This document shows positions 9,746 to 18,582 of a stretch of 64,000 bases of DNA, piece by piece (position 1 is the stretch's first letter; every line of letters begins with the position of its first letter). The stretch lies in assembly GCA_003246895.1 (NCBI GenBank), contig QKCL01000053.1:44984-108983 (forward strand), in the 5' to 3' direction. The position numbers were made by a program, and so were the translations under genes. A model generated the notes under the pieces. That model saw only the letters and a program-made list of their open reading frames with translations, did not search any database and was not told the DNA's origin. Source of the DNA: Spirochaetota bacterium. GTDB taxonomy: Bacteria > Spirochaetota > UBA4802 > UBA5550.

Positions 9746-10413
9746 TGCTCCTTTCTCTACGGAACATTGAGAAATCCTACAGAACCGCCGGTACCTTGAG
9801 AAAGGTACTGGACGGAATATCATTCAATCTTCAGGAAGGTGAAATAGCATCCATTACAGGTACATCCGGATGCGGAAAGTCCACTCTCCTTAATATTATA
9901 AACGGAATTACGAAGCCTGAAAACGGCACAATTACAATGAAAGGCACAAAAATGAAACTGTCCAGCGACCGGTTCATGTCATCGGTGAGAACCAACCGTA
10001 TAGGCCAGATTTTTCAGTCATTCAACCTTATTTACAACAGAACTGTAATGTCAAACATTCTCCTTGCAGCAGAACTTTCAAATGGGAATTCATCAATGAA
10101 AAGGGAGGAGATCATCGACCTCCTTGAACAGCTCGGCATTGCACAGTATCACAATACGCAGACCGGCCTTTTATCGGGCGGGCAGAGACAGAGAGTGGCA
10201 ATTGCAAGGGCCCTTGTCAACAGGCCTGAACTTATTCTTGCAGATGAACCCACTGCAAATCTTGATGATTCAACCTCACGTGATATATTTAAAATACTCA
10301 CATCACTGGCTCAGCAAAAAATAGGAATACTAATCGTCACACATAAAAATTATATGCATAAAAAATCAGACAGGGTCATGAAACTGGACAACGGAAAGCT
10401 GATACAGAAATGA
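9745..10413 (+). CDS. ABC transporter ATP-binding protein (LolD/MacB-type)
   Basis: Walker A GTSGCGKST, ABC signature LSGGQRQRVAIARAL, Walker B ILADEPT. 222 aa. ATGA overlap with the downstream permease. Confidence 0.85.
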   Translation: MLLSLRNIEKSYRTAGTLRKVLDGISFNLQEGEIASITGTSGCGKSTLLNIINGITKPENGTITMKGTKMKLSSDRFMSSVRTNRIGQIFQSFNLIYNRTVMSNILLAAELSNGNSSMKREEIIDLLEQLGIAQYHNTQTGLLSGGQRQRVAIARALVNRPELILADEPTANLDDSTSRDIFKILTSLAQQKIGILIVTHKNYMHKKSDRVMKLDNGKLIQK

Positions 10414-11666
10414 TTAAAGGTAGAGTTAAAATATTTGCAAGAGAGATGACAGGGTCATTCTTTACAACCATGACAGCTTTTCTTGTTATTGTGGCTGCAT
10501 CGGGCCTTACGGTTACCTTTTACTCAATCTCTTCCAGCGCAAAAACATATGTTAAAAATAAATTCGGAAGGTCGATCTCTCCCGACATAATAAGAGTAAC
10601 CGCCCCGGAAAAGGATAGTCAGTCAATTTCCATACTGTCCATTTTTTCAGACAGCTCCGGAGGATTCAGTGAAAAAAAATTTCAGCAGATAAAAAGCATA
10701 CATGGAGCCGGAAAGGTCGAAGGCCTGCTTTCGGTCAACATCCCCTCTTCTGCCGGCATAAGCATACTCAGCCTGAACTACAGAACCGACCTTATACTTG
10801 CAGGAGCTCCTGCCTCAATGCTTGGAAAAAATGAGCGGGCTTTAAAAAAACTCTGGAAACATAAAAACCCCGAAGACCCCGGCATTCCCATGATAGTGCC
10901 TGGCGTACTGATTAATACATATAACAACGGGCTGGCCGCCGCAAACGGAATGCCGAAAATAAGTGTATCAATGATAAAGCAGCTGCCCATATCTCTGGCA
11001 CTTGGTTATTCAAGCGTAAAAAGACTTGATGACTATTTCACCACCTCCGGCACCGTAATCGGATCATCAAATGAAATCAGCATAATGGGCCTGGTAATTC
11101 CAATTGATACTGCAAAAAAAATAAACAGGCTCTTTAACCGGGAAAACAGATACCTTTACGCGGATATTACGCCTTCAGAGCATAAGGATACAGAAAGAAT
11201 AAAACAGAAAATAAAAAAAATAGGCCTTGTTGCATCCACCGGTACAGTGATATCCCGGAAAATACTTGAGCTCATGGGGAAAACTGATATTTTCACAGCA
11301 TCTCTCATGATAATTATAATATCACTTGCTGCTGTGGCCGTTGCATTGTGCTGTATTACATCATTATGGAACAGAATAGAATACTACCGCACACTGCGCA
11401 TTCTCGGGGCATCAAGATTTCTTATCTCCGGCACTGTGGTAATAAAATTCTCACTCATGGGATTTGCTGCAGGAGCACTGTCTCTGGCACTGACCAAGGC
11501 AGTAGTGTTCAGAATTATACCTCATGGTTTACTGCAGGGCCTTTCCCTTATCTCCGGCACCGGAGGAAATACCACTATATTTCTAATACTGACAGCATTA
11601 ATACCGGCTGTATCAACTTTGCCCGGAATAATAAGAATATTCTACCTTGAAATGAACAGAAATTAA
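10410..11666 (+). CDS. ABC transporter permease, FtsX/LolC/MacB-type (4 TM with large periplasmic loop)
   Basis: N-terminal TM, ~240-aa soluble loop, then three C-terminal TM helices. Topology typical of LolC/E and MacB permeases. Confidence 0.75.
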   Translation: MIKGRVKIFAREMTGSFFTTMTAFLVIVAASGLTVTFYSISSSAKTYVKNKFGRSISPDIIRVTAPEKDSQSISILSIFSDSSGGFSEKKFQQIKSIHGAGKVEGLLSVNIPSSAGISILSLNYRTDLILAGAPASMLGKNERALKKLWKHKNPEDPGIPMIVPGVLINTYNNGLAAANGMPKISVSMIKQLPISLALGYSSVKRLDDYFTTSGTVIGSSNEISIMGLVIPIDTAKKINRLFNRENRYLYADITPSEHKDTERIKQKIKKIGLVASTGTVISRKILELMGKTDIFTASLMIIIISLAAVAVALCCITSLWNRIEYYRTLRILGASRFLISGTVVIKFSLMGFAAGALSLALTKAVVFRIIPHGLLQGLSLISGTGGNTTIFLILTALIPAVSTLPGIIRIFYLEMNRN

Positions 11667-11696
11667 AAAAGCCGCCCTTTTCATGGCGGCTTTTAA
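11667..11696. terminator. Bidirectional intrinsic terminator
   Basis: AAAAAGCCGCC-cttttcat-GGCGGCTTTT. The GC stem is flanked by an A-run and a T-run. It sits between the convergent permease and ferredoxin genes. Confidence 0.55.
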
Positions 11697-11714
11697 ACAT
11701 TATGAAGGCTGTTA

Positions 11715-11888
11715 TTAACCGGCAGAAATAGCATCTGCAGGACATACACTTTCACATGCACCGCAGTCAATACATACGTCAGGATTAATAACATGAAACC
11801 CGTTTCCTTCGCTGATCGCGCTTACGGGACATTCGGAAGCACATGCACCACAGTTTGTACATGCGTCTTTATCAATTACATAAGCCAT
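11715..11888 (-). CDS. 2x[4Fe-4S] ferredoxin
   Basis: Two CxxCxxCxxxCP motifs (CTNCGACASECP, CIDCGACESVCP). GGAGGA RBS before the ATG of MAYVIDK. The upstream in-frame ATG (MEEQ) would overlap the RBS. Confidence 0.8.
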   Translation of the reverse strand: MAYVIDKDACTNCGACASECPVSAISEGNGFHVINPDVCIDCGACESVCPADAISAG

Positions 11889-12349
11889 TTGTTCCTCCAT
11901 ATGAGATAATGTTATTAGTCGAAGGAGAATCCTTCAGTATTTTATAAAATAATGCCAATCCTGTTTCTTGTCAAGATATAATAAACTATTTCCGTCCTGT
12001 TAAAACTTAATATAATAGAAAAAAATATCTCAAAAAATGAACTCTCCATGCTTCAAATACCGATACGTTATCTCTACCGACAATTTTTTCTATCTCTGAC
12101 ACCGAAACCTGCAATTGATCAAAGTAATATCATTTTTTAAACCACAATTCGTATGAATTATTTTGGAGAAAAACGAAAAGCAGACGGGAAGAGCTTGATG
12201 AGAAATAATCACATGGGCAACATATCACGTTTTTACAAGGTTTATCTACAAATTGGATTTAATGAAAAGTAATTATATAAAAGATCTGCTGCTTCTGGAA
12301 ATCCGGGAGATCTACGATCTTGAACATAATATCATTAAAGAATTATATA

Positions 12350-14473
12350 CTACTGTACTTTAAATATGGAGATTTTCTTACTCAAATTCTCTGCAAGAGT
12401 CGATAAATGACTGGCATTTGCACTTATCTCTTCCGTAGTCGCAGATTGTTCTTCTGAAATACTTGTTATCTCTTCTGTACTGGCCGAAGATTCCTCGGTA
12501 ATAGAAGAAATGTTTTCCATCATTCTTAAAATATCATATGAACTTTCTGATATTTTTTTTAACTCGTCAGATATTTCAACAGTTTTGATGCTTGTTTGTT
12601 GCGATGCATATAATATTTCATCCAGTGACATCCCGGTATTTTCTACAATAAGAACACCTTCATCAACTTCATGAACAGCTTCCCCCATACTATTTACACT
12701 CATCTCTATTTTACCCTGAATTTTCTGAATCATTCTGGTAATTCTTTCTGTTGCTGTATTGGATTCACCTGCAAGTTTTGAAATTTCGTCTGCAACTACT
12801 GCAAAGCCTTTACCAGCTTCACCTGCTCTAGCCGCTTCTATTGCAGCATTAAGAGAAAGAAGATTTGTCTGGTCAGCAATCCCTTTTATCAATCCAATAA
12901 TCTCTTCAATATTTGAACTTAACTGTCCCAATTCATTAATTGTATCCGAAACTTCCTGTACCATATCTTTAATCTGGTTTATTTTGGAAATTGCTTCCTG
13001 AGCATTTGCTTTACCGGTTTTTGCCAGTAATTCCGATTCGTTTGACAAAGTAGAAGTATCCTGCGCATTAGCCTGCACATTTTGAATAGTCTTATTAATT
13101 AATTCTATTTTGCTTAAACTGTTTTCTATACTTGTTATTTGCACCTGAGAACCTTCTGCCAACTGGGATACTCTCTGGGCAACCTGTTGTGCCCCCTGTG
13201 CTGTCTGTCCAGCTGATTCTGTAACTAATTCAGAATTGCCGGTTACCTCTTTTGCAGTTTTTGCAACGTCAGAAATTATGTTCTTTAAGTTTTCTCTTAC
13301 TTTATTAATAGAATCAGCTACATATTTGATTTCATCCTCTGTCTCTGAATCAACTTCTACTGTCAAATCCCCCTTTGCTATGTCTTCTGAACCTTTTGAA
13401 ATTTTCTCAATTGCTCCCATAACAGATAAATAAAAACCGCTGAAAATATATCCAATTCCTAAAAGAATTAACAGTGTAAATGCTACAGAAACGGGCCTTT
13501 GGTCAGCATATCCTTTTACCCTTTTGGCAATTAATCTGTATAAATTTTCAGAATAAATTTCATATAACTTTTTATTATTTTCATATGCCTGATCACCCTT
13601 CATTGCAAAGTCATCATAGTCGGATTTTTCCCCCGCCAGCAAGGAATCCACTGCCGATAAAAATTTTTTATTTGATTCATTGGCCGTATTGTAATCATTA
13701 CCTAAAATCGCTTTTAAAGAATTGTTGTTCTTATAAATAACCTCTATGCCTGAAGCCAGCTGATTATTAAGGTCTTCAATCATTGTTGCAGTTTTTATTA
13801 TCTTTATCCGGTTATCTTTATGTTCTTTTATGTTTTTAACAGCTTCAATTTTCATTTCATTGATATAATTCAAAATTTGAGGAAGCCTCAAACCAAAAGC
13901 ATCCATTAAATAAAATGTATCAAGATCGGGATCAAGGATTAAGTTAGATGTGTCATTGACGTAAGCAATTAATGAAATTGTTTTATTTACTATGACATTT
14001 CTTTTTTCGACAAAATCGGCATTACTCATAGTCTTATAATCTGTTTTCAGATCCTGCCATGCTTTTTTAATATCTTCCCATCTATTTTCTACTTTCAGGA
14101 TTTTGTTTAATTCTTTATCCACCTCATCAACTTTTTTAATATTTGAATCAGTATTAGCTGTTATGATATCAATTTCTTTCTGAACATTGTCCCCGTATAT
14201 AACCTGGTGATAAGTTTTATCTTTAAACTGATGAAAAGTAATCAATAAATCTCTTGAAGGATTTATATATCTCACTCCCAGGTTTTCTTTAGCGTTAAAC
14301 TCTACCTGAGAATTAAGATTTGAAAGTAAAATGTACATTACACCACCGATGAGAAGAATTATCGTACAGAAGATCAAAGTAAATTTTTTCAGGTATTTGA
14401 GTTTGTTCATTAATAAAACTGCAGGTTTAAAAAACTTTTTCATAAATATTCCCTTTTTAATATCACTGATCAA
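12350..14473 (-). CDS. Methyl-accepting chemotaxis protein
   Basis: N-terminal TM and sensor region. HAMP-like segment. Highly conserved MCP signalling domain ([34 protein letters not shown]). Confidence 0.85.
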   Translation of the reverse strand: MISDIKKGIFMKKFFKPAVLLMNKLKYLKKFTLIFCTIILLIGGVMYILLSNLNSQVEFNAKENLGVRYINPSRDLLITFHQFKDKTYHQVIYGDNVQKEIDIITANTDSNIKKVDEVDKELNKILKVENRWEDIKKAWQDLKTDYKTMSNADFVEKRNVIVNKTISLIAYVNDTSNLILDPDLDTFYLMDAFGLRLPQILNYINEMKIEAVKNIKEHKDNRIKIIKTATMIEDLNNQLASGIEVIYKNNNSLKAILGNDYNTANESNKKFLSAVDSLLAGEKSDYDDFAMKGDQAYENNKKLYEIYSENLYRLIAKRVKGYADQRPVSVAFTLLILLGIGYIFSGFYLSVMGAIEKISKGSEDIAKGDLTVEVDSETEDEIKYVADSINKVRENLKNIISDVAKTAKEVTGNSELVTESAGQTAQGAQQVAQRVSQLAEGSQVQITSIENSLSKIELINKTIQNVQANAQDTSTLSNESELLAKTGKANAQEAISKINQIKDMVQEVSDTINELGQLSSNIEEIIGLIKGIADQTNLLSLNAAIEAARAGEAGKGFAVVADEISKLAGESNTATERITRMIQKIQGKIEMSVNSMGEAVHEVDEGVLIVENTGMSLDEILYASQQTSIKTVEISDELKKISESSYDILRMMENISSITEESSASTEEITSISEEQSATTEEISANASHLSTLAENLSKKISIFKVQ

Positions 14474-14822
14474 TCTTCATAATACGAACAAGTAGTATAT
14501 TTATACAATATACTACTTTTATGACATATTCCAAGTACTAATATTCATGAATTTTTTAAATGACTTATTTTGTGCTGATTTTGCTTTGTTAAAACTTGTT
14601 CATTCATACTCTGGCAAAAATATGCGGCCGGGGCAGAGAATATTCAGTCTTCATGGAACAAAATATTTATGATTGGATAAAGATATAACAAGACAAGGCA
14701 TCTAACAGAACTTATTACTAAAACCGTTAACTCCGATGCCAGAAGCCGCCGCAGTCCCTAAACAAAAAAGGCCGCCCGAACGGACAGCCTTCCCTTTTTA
14801 AAAACTTAATCTGTTAAAAAAC

Positions 14823-15896
14823 TTACCAGACAATACCTGCAGTGATACCAACTGAATATGCATTGTCAAAATAGTAAGTAACAGGAGCGTCTATATAAAC
14901 CGGCCCCAGACTCACACCCACGTTCGCCATGAGTCTCGGCCTGAACCTGTCTGCCTTTTCGGAAGTACTCGCGTCAGAAACTGTGATTGTCCCTTTTGTA
15001 CCTTGATATATACCTGCAGTAGTAATTGTTGCATCGCCATCCGCACTGACATTCAGATCCGTGTTAGAGCCAACAACAAAGTCAAAACCTGCACCGACAC
15101 CTGCATTTACAATGTAGAGAAGCCTCATTGATGTGTAGATCTCAACCGGAATTATATAGTTCTTTGATTCGACCTCAAGTTCTATTGAAGGGTCAACATC
15201 AGCATCATAACCGCCATTAGAAAGTGTCATGGTATCCAATTTCAGTCCATAGCCGATCTTGCTCGAAGCGTATGTGAAACCTGTACCTACAGTTATACCT
15301 CTCCAAAGTATGGATCTTGCAAGTATTGATTTTTCCTTCACTATTGAATAGTTTAGCATAAAACCGAATATGCTGGCATCGTAGTTAACCTTGTCGTCAC
15401 CCAGACCCAGCTCGTAGTCTACCCACTCTGTGCTGAACTTCCCGAACTTGAATGTCAGGTAAAGGTCCTCAACAAGAAAGCCCATGTTTATTCCTATCTG
15501 GCCAGCCACAGGCTGCCAGCCCACACCCGCATATACATCACCCTTGTTCTGCAGGTCGTCAGTAAGTGCATCTGCATTCATCTCGGCATTTGGCATCTGC
15601 AGGGAGAACATTGTACCCACAGATATATTGAACAGGTCATAGCCCTGATAGCCCCTTGTTGTGCCCGCGTTTGATGCATACACAGCAGAGTTTGCCATAC
15701 CGCGGGTGAAATCAGGCATCGTGTCATACTTTGCCAGATCACTGTTCAATTGGGTTTCAATAGTTGACTTTAATGCTGTATTCAATGTTGCATCCCCAAA
15801 ATCAACTGTTACCGTGAGAGCCATGAGCCCCGAAACAGGCATTGCCATTGCCATGGCAAGAGCCAGTATTATTTTCCTTATTTTCCTTATTTTCAT
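14823..15896 (-). CDS. Putative outer-membrane beta-barrel protein
   Basis: Signal peptide (MKIRKIRKIILALAMAMAMPVSGLMA). Alternating-hydrophobic, Gly/Tyr-rich composition. C-terminal aromatic residue (…AGIVW). Confidence 0.4.
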   Translation of the reverse strand: MKIRKIRKIILALAMAMAMPVSGLMALTVTVDFGDATLNTALKSTIETQLNSDLAKYDTMPDFTRGMANSAVYASNAGTTRGYQGYDLFNISVGTMFSLQMPNAEMNADALTDDLQNKGDVYAGVGWQPVAGQIGINMGFLVEDLYLTFKFGKFSTEWVDYELGLGDDKVNYDASIFGFMLNYSIVKEKSILARSILWRGITVGTGFTYASSKIGYGLKLDTMTLSNGGYDADVDPSIELEVESKNYIIPVEIYTSMRLLYIVNAGVGAGFDFVVGSNTDLNVSADGDATITTAGIYQGTKGTITVSDASTSEKADRFRPRLMANVGVSLGPVYIDAPVTYYFDNAYSVGITAGIVW

Positions 15897-16030
15897 GTTT
15901 TTCCTCCAGAGTAAAAGACTTAGTTAATTTATTGAAACCGGTTCATCATTTCAACCAAAATTTCTATTTTTCATATACATTAATGTTAAAACTCATAGTT
16001 TTAAAAGAAAAAATTGCAGTTTTCAGAAAT

Positions 16031-16783
16031 TTATTTTAAAAAAGGAAGGGCACTGGGCAGAACACACAGTGCCAGAGATGCGGCAAAAACCGCAAAAAGC
16101 CCCAGGTCAAAAAGCCCGGCCCTGTTTCTGTCCTGAAGTTCAGCCTCTCCGTTGAAACATCTTGAAACAAGGGCATCGGAAAAAGCATCTGTTTTTAAGA
16201 ACATATTAATCATGAGGGGGTAGATTCTGTAAATGGCTCTGTGCAGGGGTCTCCTTGAATTTGAAAGACCTCTGGAACCGACAGATTCACCAACTTCGGC
16301 GTAAGTATCAACGGCCTTTGGAAGGAGAGTGAAAATTATGAGAAAAAATGATGCAATCTTTCTGTGAGGCAGAAAGGGCACTGGCCTGAACAGGGAATAT
16401 ATTACTCCGTAAAGCTTGTCAGGAGATGTTGTACGCGTAAAGAGCAGCCCGCAGAGAATATAATCTGCAAAACGGAGGCACTGAACCATGGCGGAAACAA
16501 TACCCTCAGGGAAAATCCGCCCATCCCACGAAAGGATGGATGCGATAAATATAAATGCAAGGAGCCACCAGAACACGGCCATCTCCTTCATGAGCTTTTT
16601 CATGGACATGCCTGAATAAACAGCGGCCCCGCAAAGAAAGACAGAGAATAGTGCCAGAGACCATGGGCCGGACAGGGCAATTGCAGAAACAGTAACTATC
16701 ATTTCGAAAAGTTTAATGAATGGATTGTGCCTGTGTATTAAGCTTCCACCCTCCATGTAGTGAAAAAGTGTCAGATGCCCCAT
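16031..16783 (-). CDS. ecfT: ECF transporter transmembrane (T) component EcfT/CbiQ family
   Basis: Polytopic membrane protein downstream of an EcfA-type ATPase and bioY. 13-nt overlap with ecfA. Confidence 0.7.
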   Translation of the reverse strand: MGHLTLFHYMEGGSLIHRHNPFIKLFEMIVTVSAIALSGPWSLALFSVFLCGAAVYSGMSMKKLMKEMAVFWWLLAFIFIASILSWDGRIFPEGIVSAMVQCLRFADYILCGLLFTRTTSPDKLYGVIYSLFRPVPFLPHRKIASFFLIIFTLLPKAVDTYAEVGESVGSRGLSNSRRPLHRAIYRIYPLMINMFLKTDAFSDALVSRCFNGEAELQDRNRAGLFDLGLFAVFAASLALCVLPSALPFLK

Positions 16784-17529
16784 GTGTATGTGGACCTCTT
16801 TCTGCTTTTTCCGTATGGGTGTCTGAGCAGATTCTCATGGTAGAGTTTCTCATCTGTAGAGGGCTTCCCGTCGTATCTGATTATTCCCTTGTTAAGGATA
16901 ACAAGCCTCTGGGCATGGGCAAGTATCTTCTCTAAATCGTGGGTGATTACAATTACTGTGTGCCCTCTTCTGTGCATCTCCACAATTTCACGGGCAACAG
17001 ATTTTACACCCATAAAGTCAAGGCCTGCGAAGGGCTCATCGAGCACAACAACTTCAGGATTCATGGCCAGAACCCCGGCTATTGTGACACGTTTCTTCTC
17101 TCCTCCCGAAAGAAAATGGGGCTGTTCCCTGAGAAGGCCTGTAATTCCAAGGTGCTCGGAAACAGTCGTAACAGCTTCATGAACCGCATCCTTTTTCCAG
17201 CCCAGGTTTCTCGGCCCGAATGCAATTTCGTCATAAACGGTCTGGCCCACAATCTGCGTGTCGGAATACTGAAAAACAAGGCCCACATTCTTCTTTATCT
17301 CAACAGGCATCTTTACAACATCCCTGCCCCTGTACATTACAGAACCCTTCACGGGTTTAAGGAGTCCGTTCAGGTGCTTCATGAGCACAGTCTTGCCTGA
17401 ACCGTTTTCCCCGGCAATTACAACAAATTCACCGGCACCGATCTGAAGGTTCACAGACTTAAGTATGGGCTTGTTCTCCTCATAATGGAAGGAGAGGTCC
17501 TCTATGTGAAAAAGTATCTCCTTCTTCAT
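16771..17529 (-). CDS. ecfA: ECF transporter ATPase EcfA/CbiO (BioM-like)
   Basis: Walker A GENGSGKTV, signature LSGGEKKRVTIAGVL, Walker B VVVLDEPFAGLD. 4-nt overlap with bioY. Confidence 0.8.
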   Translation of the reverse strand: MKKEILFHIEDLSFHYEENKPILKSVNLQIGAGEFVVIAGENGSGKTVLMKHLNGLLKPVKGSVMYRGRDVVKMPVEIKKNVGLVFQYSDTQIVGQTVYDEIAFGPRNLGWKKDAVHEAVTTVSEHLGITGLLREQPHFLSGGEKKRVTIAGVLAMNPEVVVLDEPFAGLDFMGVKSVAREIVEMHRRGHTVIVITHDLEKILAHAQRLVILNKGIIRYDGKPSTDEKLYHENLLRHPYGKSRKRSTYTWGI

Positions 17530-18086
17530 CTTCTCATTATCCCTTCATAAACCGGCCTGAGCCATTTTGATACAAGCACCGAAGCAATGAGCTTGATAAC
17601 CTCACCCGGCAGAAATGGAAGAACCGCAATTGCAGCAACCTTGCCCCATGTCATTCCAAGCTTGATCTTCAGCCACAGTGAGCCGAGGGCAAATATGCAC
17701 GCAAGGCCTGCTATTACCGCAACCGCGTCAAAAACCCATGACCTCCTGCGCAGATGTGAAACAAAGCCCATAATAAAAACTGCAGGAAGGTATGAGACCA
17801 GAAAGCCTCCCGTGGGACCCGCGAAATGGATGAACCCGCCCTTGCCCCCTGCAAATACAGGCAGGCCCAGGGCTCCCAGAAAAAGATATGCTCCAACCGC
17901 CGCAAGTCCGGCAACAGGCCCCATAATGAGCCCTGCAAGGGCAATGAACATGTTCTGAAGCACAACTGGAACCGGTGTACCCGGAAGAGGTATGGCGATA
18001 TAGGCTCCGATAATTATAAGTACAGTAAACATTGCCGTAAAGGCTGTCTCTTTAACTCCTGTCTGGCTCATAGATTCCCTCAACAA
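17526..18086 (-). CDS. bioY: Biotin transporter BioY (ECF S component)
   Basis: 186-aa membrane protein with a BioY-typical pattern (AYIAIPLPGTPVPVVLQNMFIALAGLIMG...GGFLVSYLP). Confidence 0.85.
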   Translation of the reverse strand: MLRESMSQTGVKETAFTAMFTVLIIIGAYIAIPLPGTPVPVVLQNMFIALAGLIMGPVAGLAAVGAYLFLGALGLPVFAGGKGGFIHFAGPTGGFLVSYLPAVFIMGFVSHLRRRSWVFDAVAVIAGLACIFALGSLWLKIKLGMTWGKVAAIAVLPFLPGEVIKLIASVLVSKWLRPVYEGIMRR

Positions 18087-18134
18087 TTTTCAGTATATAT
18101 AAATATTAATATTTCATGCAAATTTACGGCCAAA

Positions 18135-18167
18135 TCGTTAACCGCAGTGCAAATACTATGTTTACAA
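18135..18167. promoter_or_regulatory. Candidate BirA operator (bioO) upstream of bioY
   Basis: TCGTTAACC-N15-TGTTTACAA. It is imperfectly palindromic and resembles the BirA consensus TTGTAAACC-N14/15-GGTTTACAA. Located ~50-80 nt upstream of the bioY start. Confidence 0.3.
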
Positions 18168-18299
18168 TCCAATCTGTCAATATTCATTAATATTTTTTTG
18201 AAGGAGATCACCGCAAATTGAGGATTATTTCACCGTTCATCAGAAACATTAGAACGGCACTGAACTTCCGGTTCAGACTGAAACAGAAACGTACCGTGC

Positions 18300-18465
18300 A
18301 GGTGTACCTCTGACACCGGAGATTCCGTAAGATACTTCTGATTTGTGCTGACTGCGGGAAATATGACGAAATGTATGTTCTCTGGCACCAGAGGATAGAC
18401 CAAGTTCAGGTGCCAGAGGTGAGATTATGTCACACAAGAACCAAGTCCACGGTGCCAGAGGTACT
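18300..18465. repeat. Cluster of direct and inverted copies of a GGTGCCAGAGGT(AC) motif
   Basis: CCAAGTTCAGGTGCCAGAGGT (18400-18420) and CCAAGTCCACGGTGCCAGAGGT (18441-18462) form a direct repeat with ~41-bp period. There is a palindrome CTCTGGCACCAGAGG at 18380-18394 and an inverted copy GGTGTACCTCTGACACC at 18301-18317. Confidence 0.45.
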
Positions 18466-18494
18466 GCATAAACTATAGCCTACCCTTTCTGTAC

Positions 18495-18524
18495 AAAAAA
18501 GCTCCCGCCGATTCTGGCGGGAGC
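18495..18524 (-). terminator. Intrinsic terminator of clpB
   Basis: GCTCCCGCC-gattct-GGCGGGAGC is a perfect 9-bp stem. On the minus strand it is followed by TTTTTT. 59 nt downstream of the clpB stop. Confidence 0.6.
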
Positions 18525-18582
18525 AGTCACATTGGAAAAGGAGTTTCTATTACTAAACTTAAGTAAGCTAATAATAACAAAT

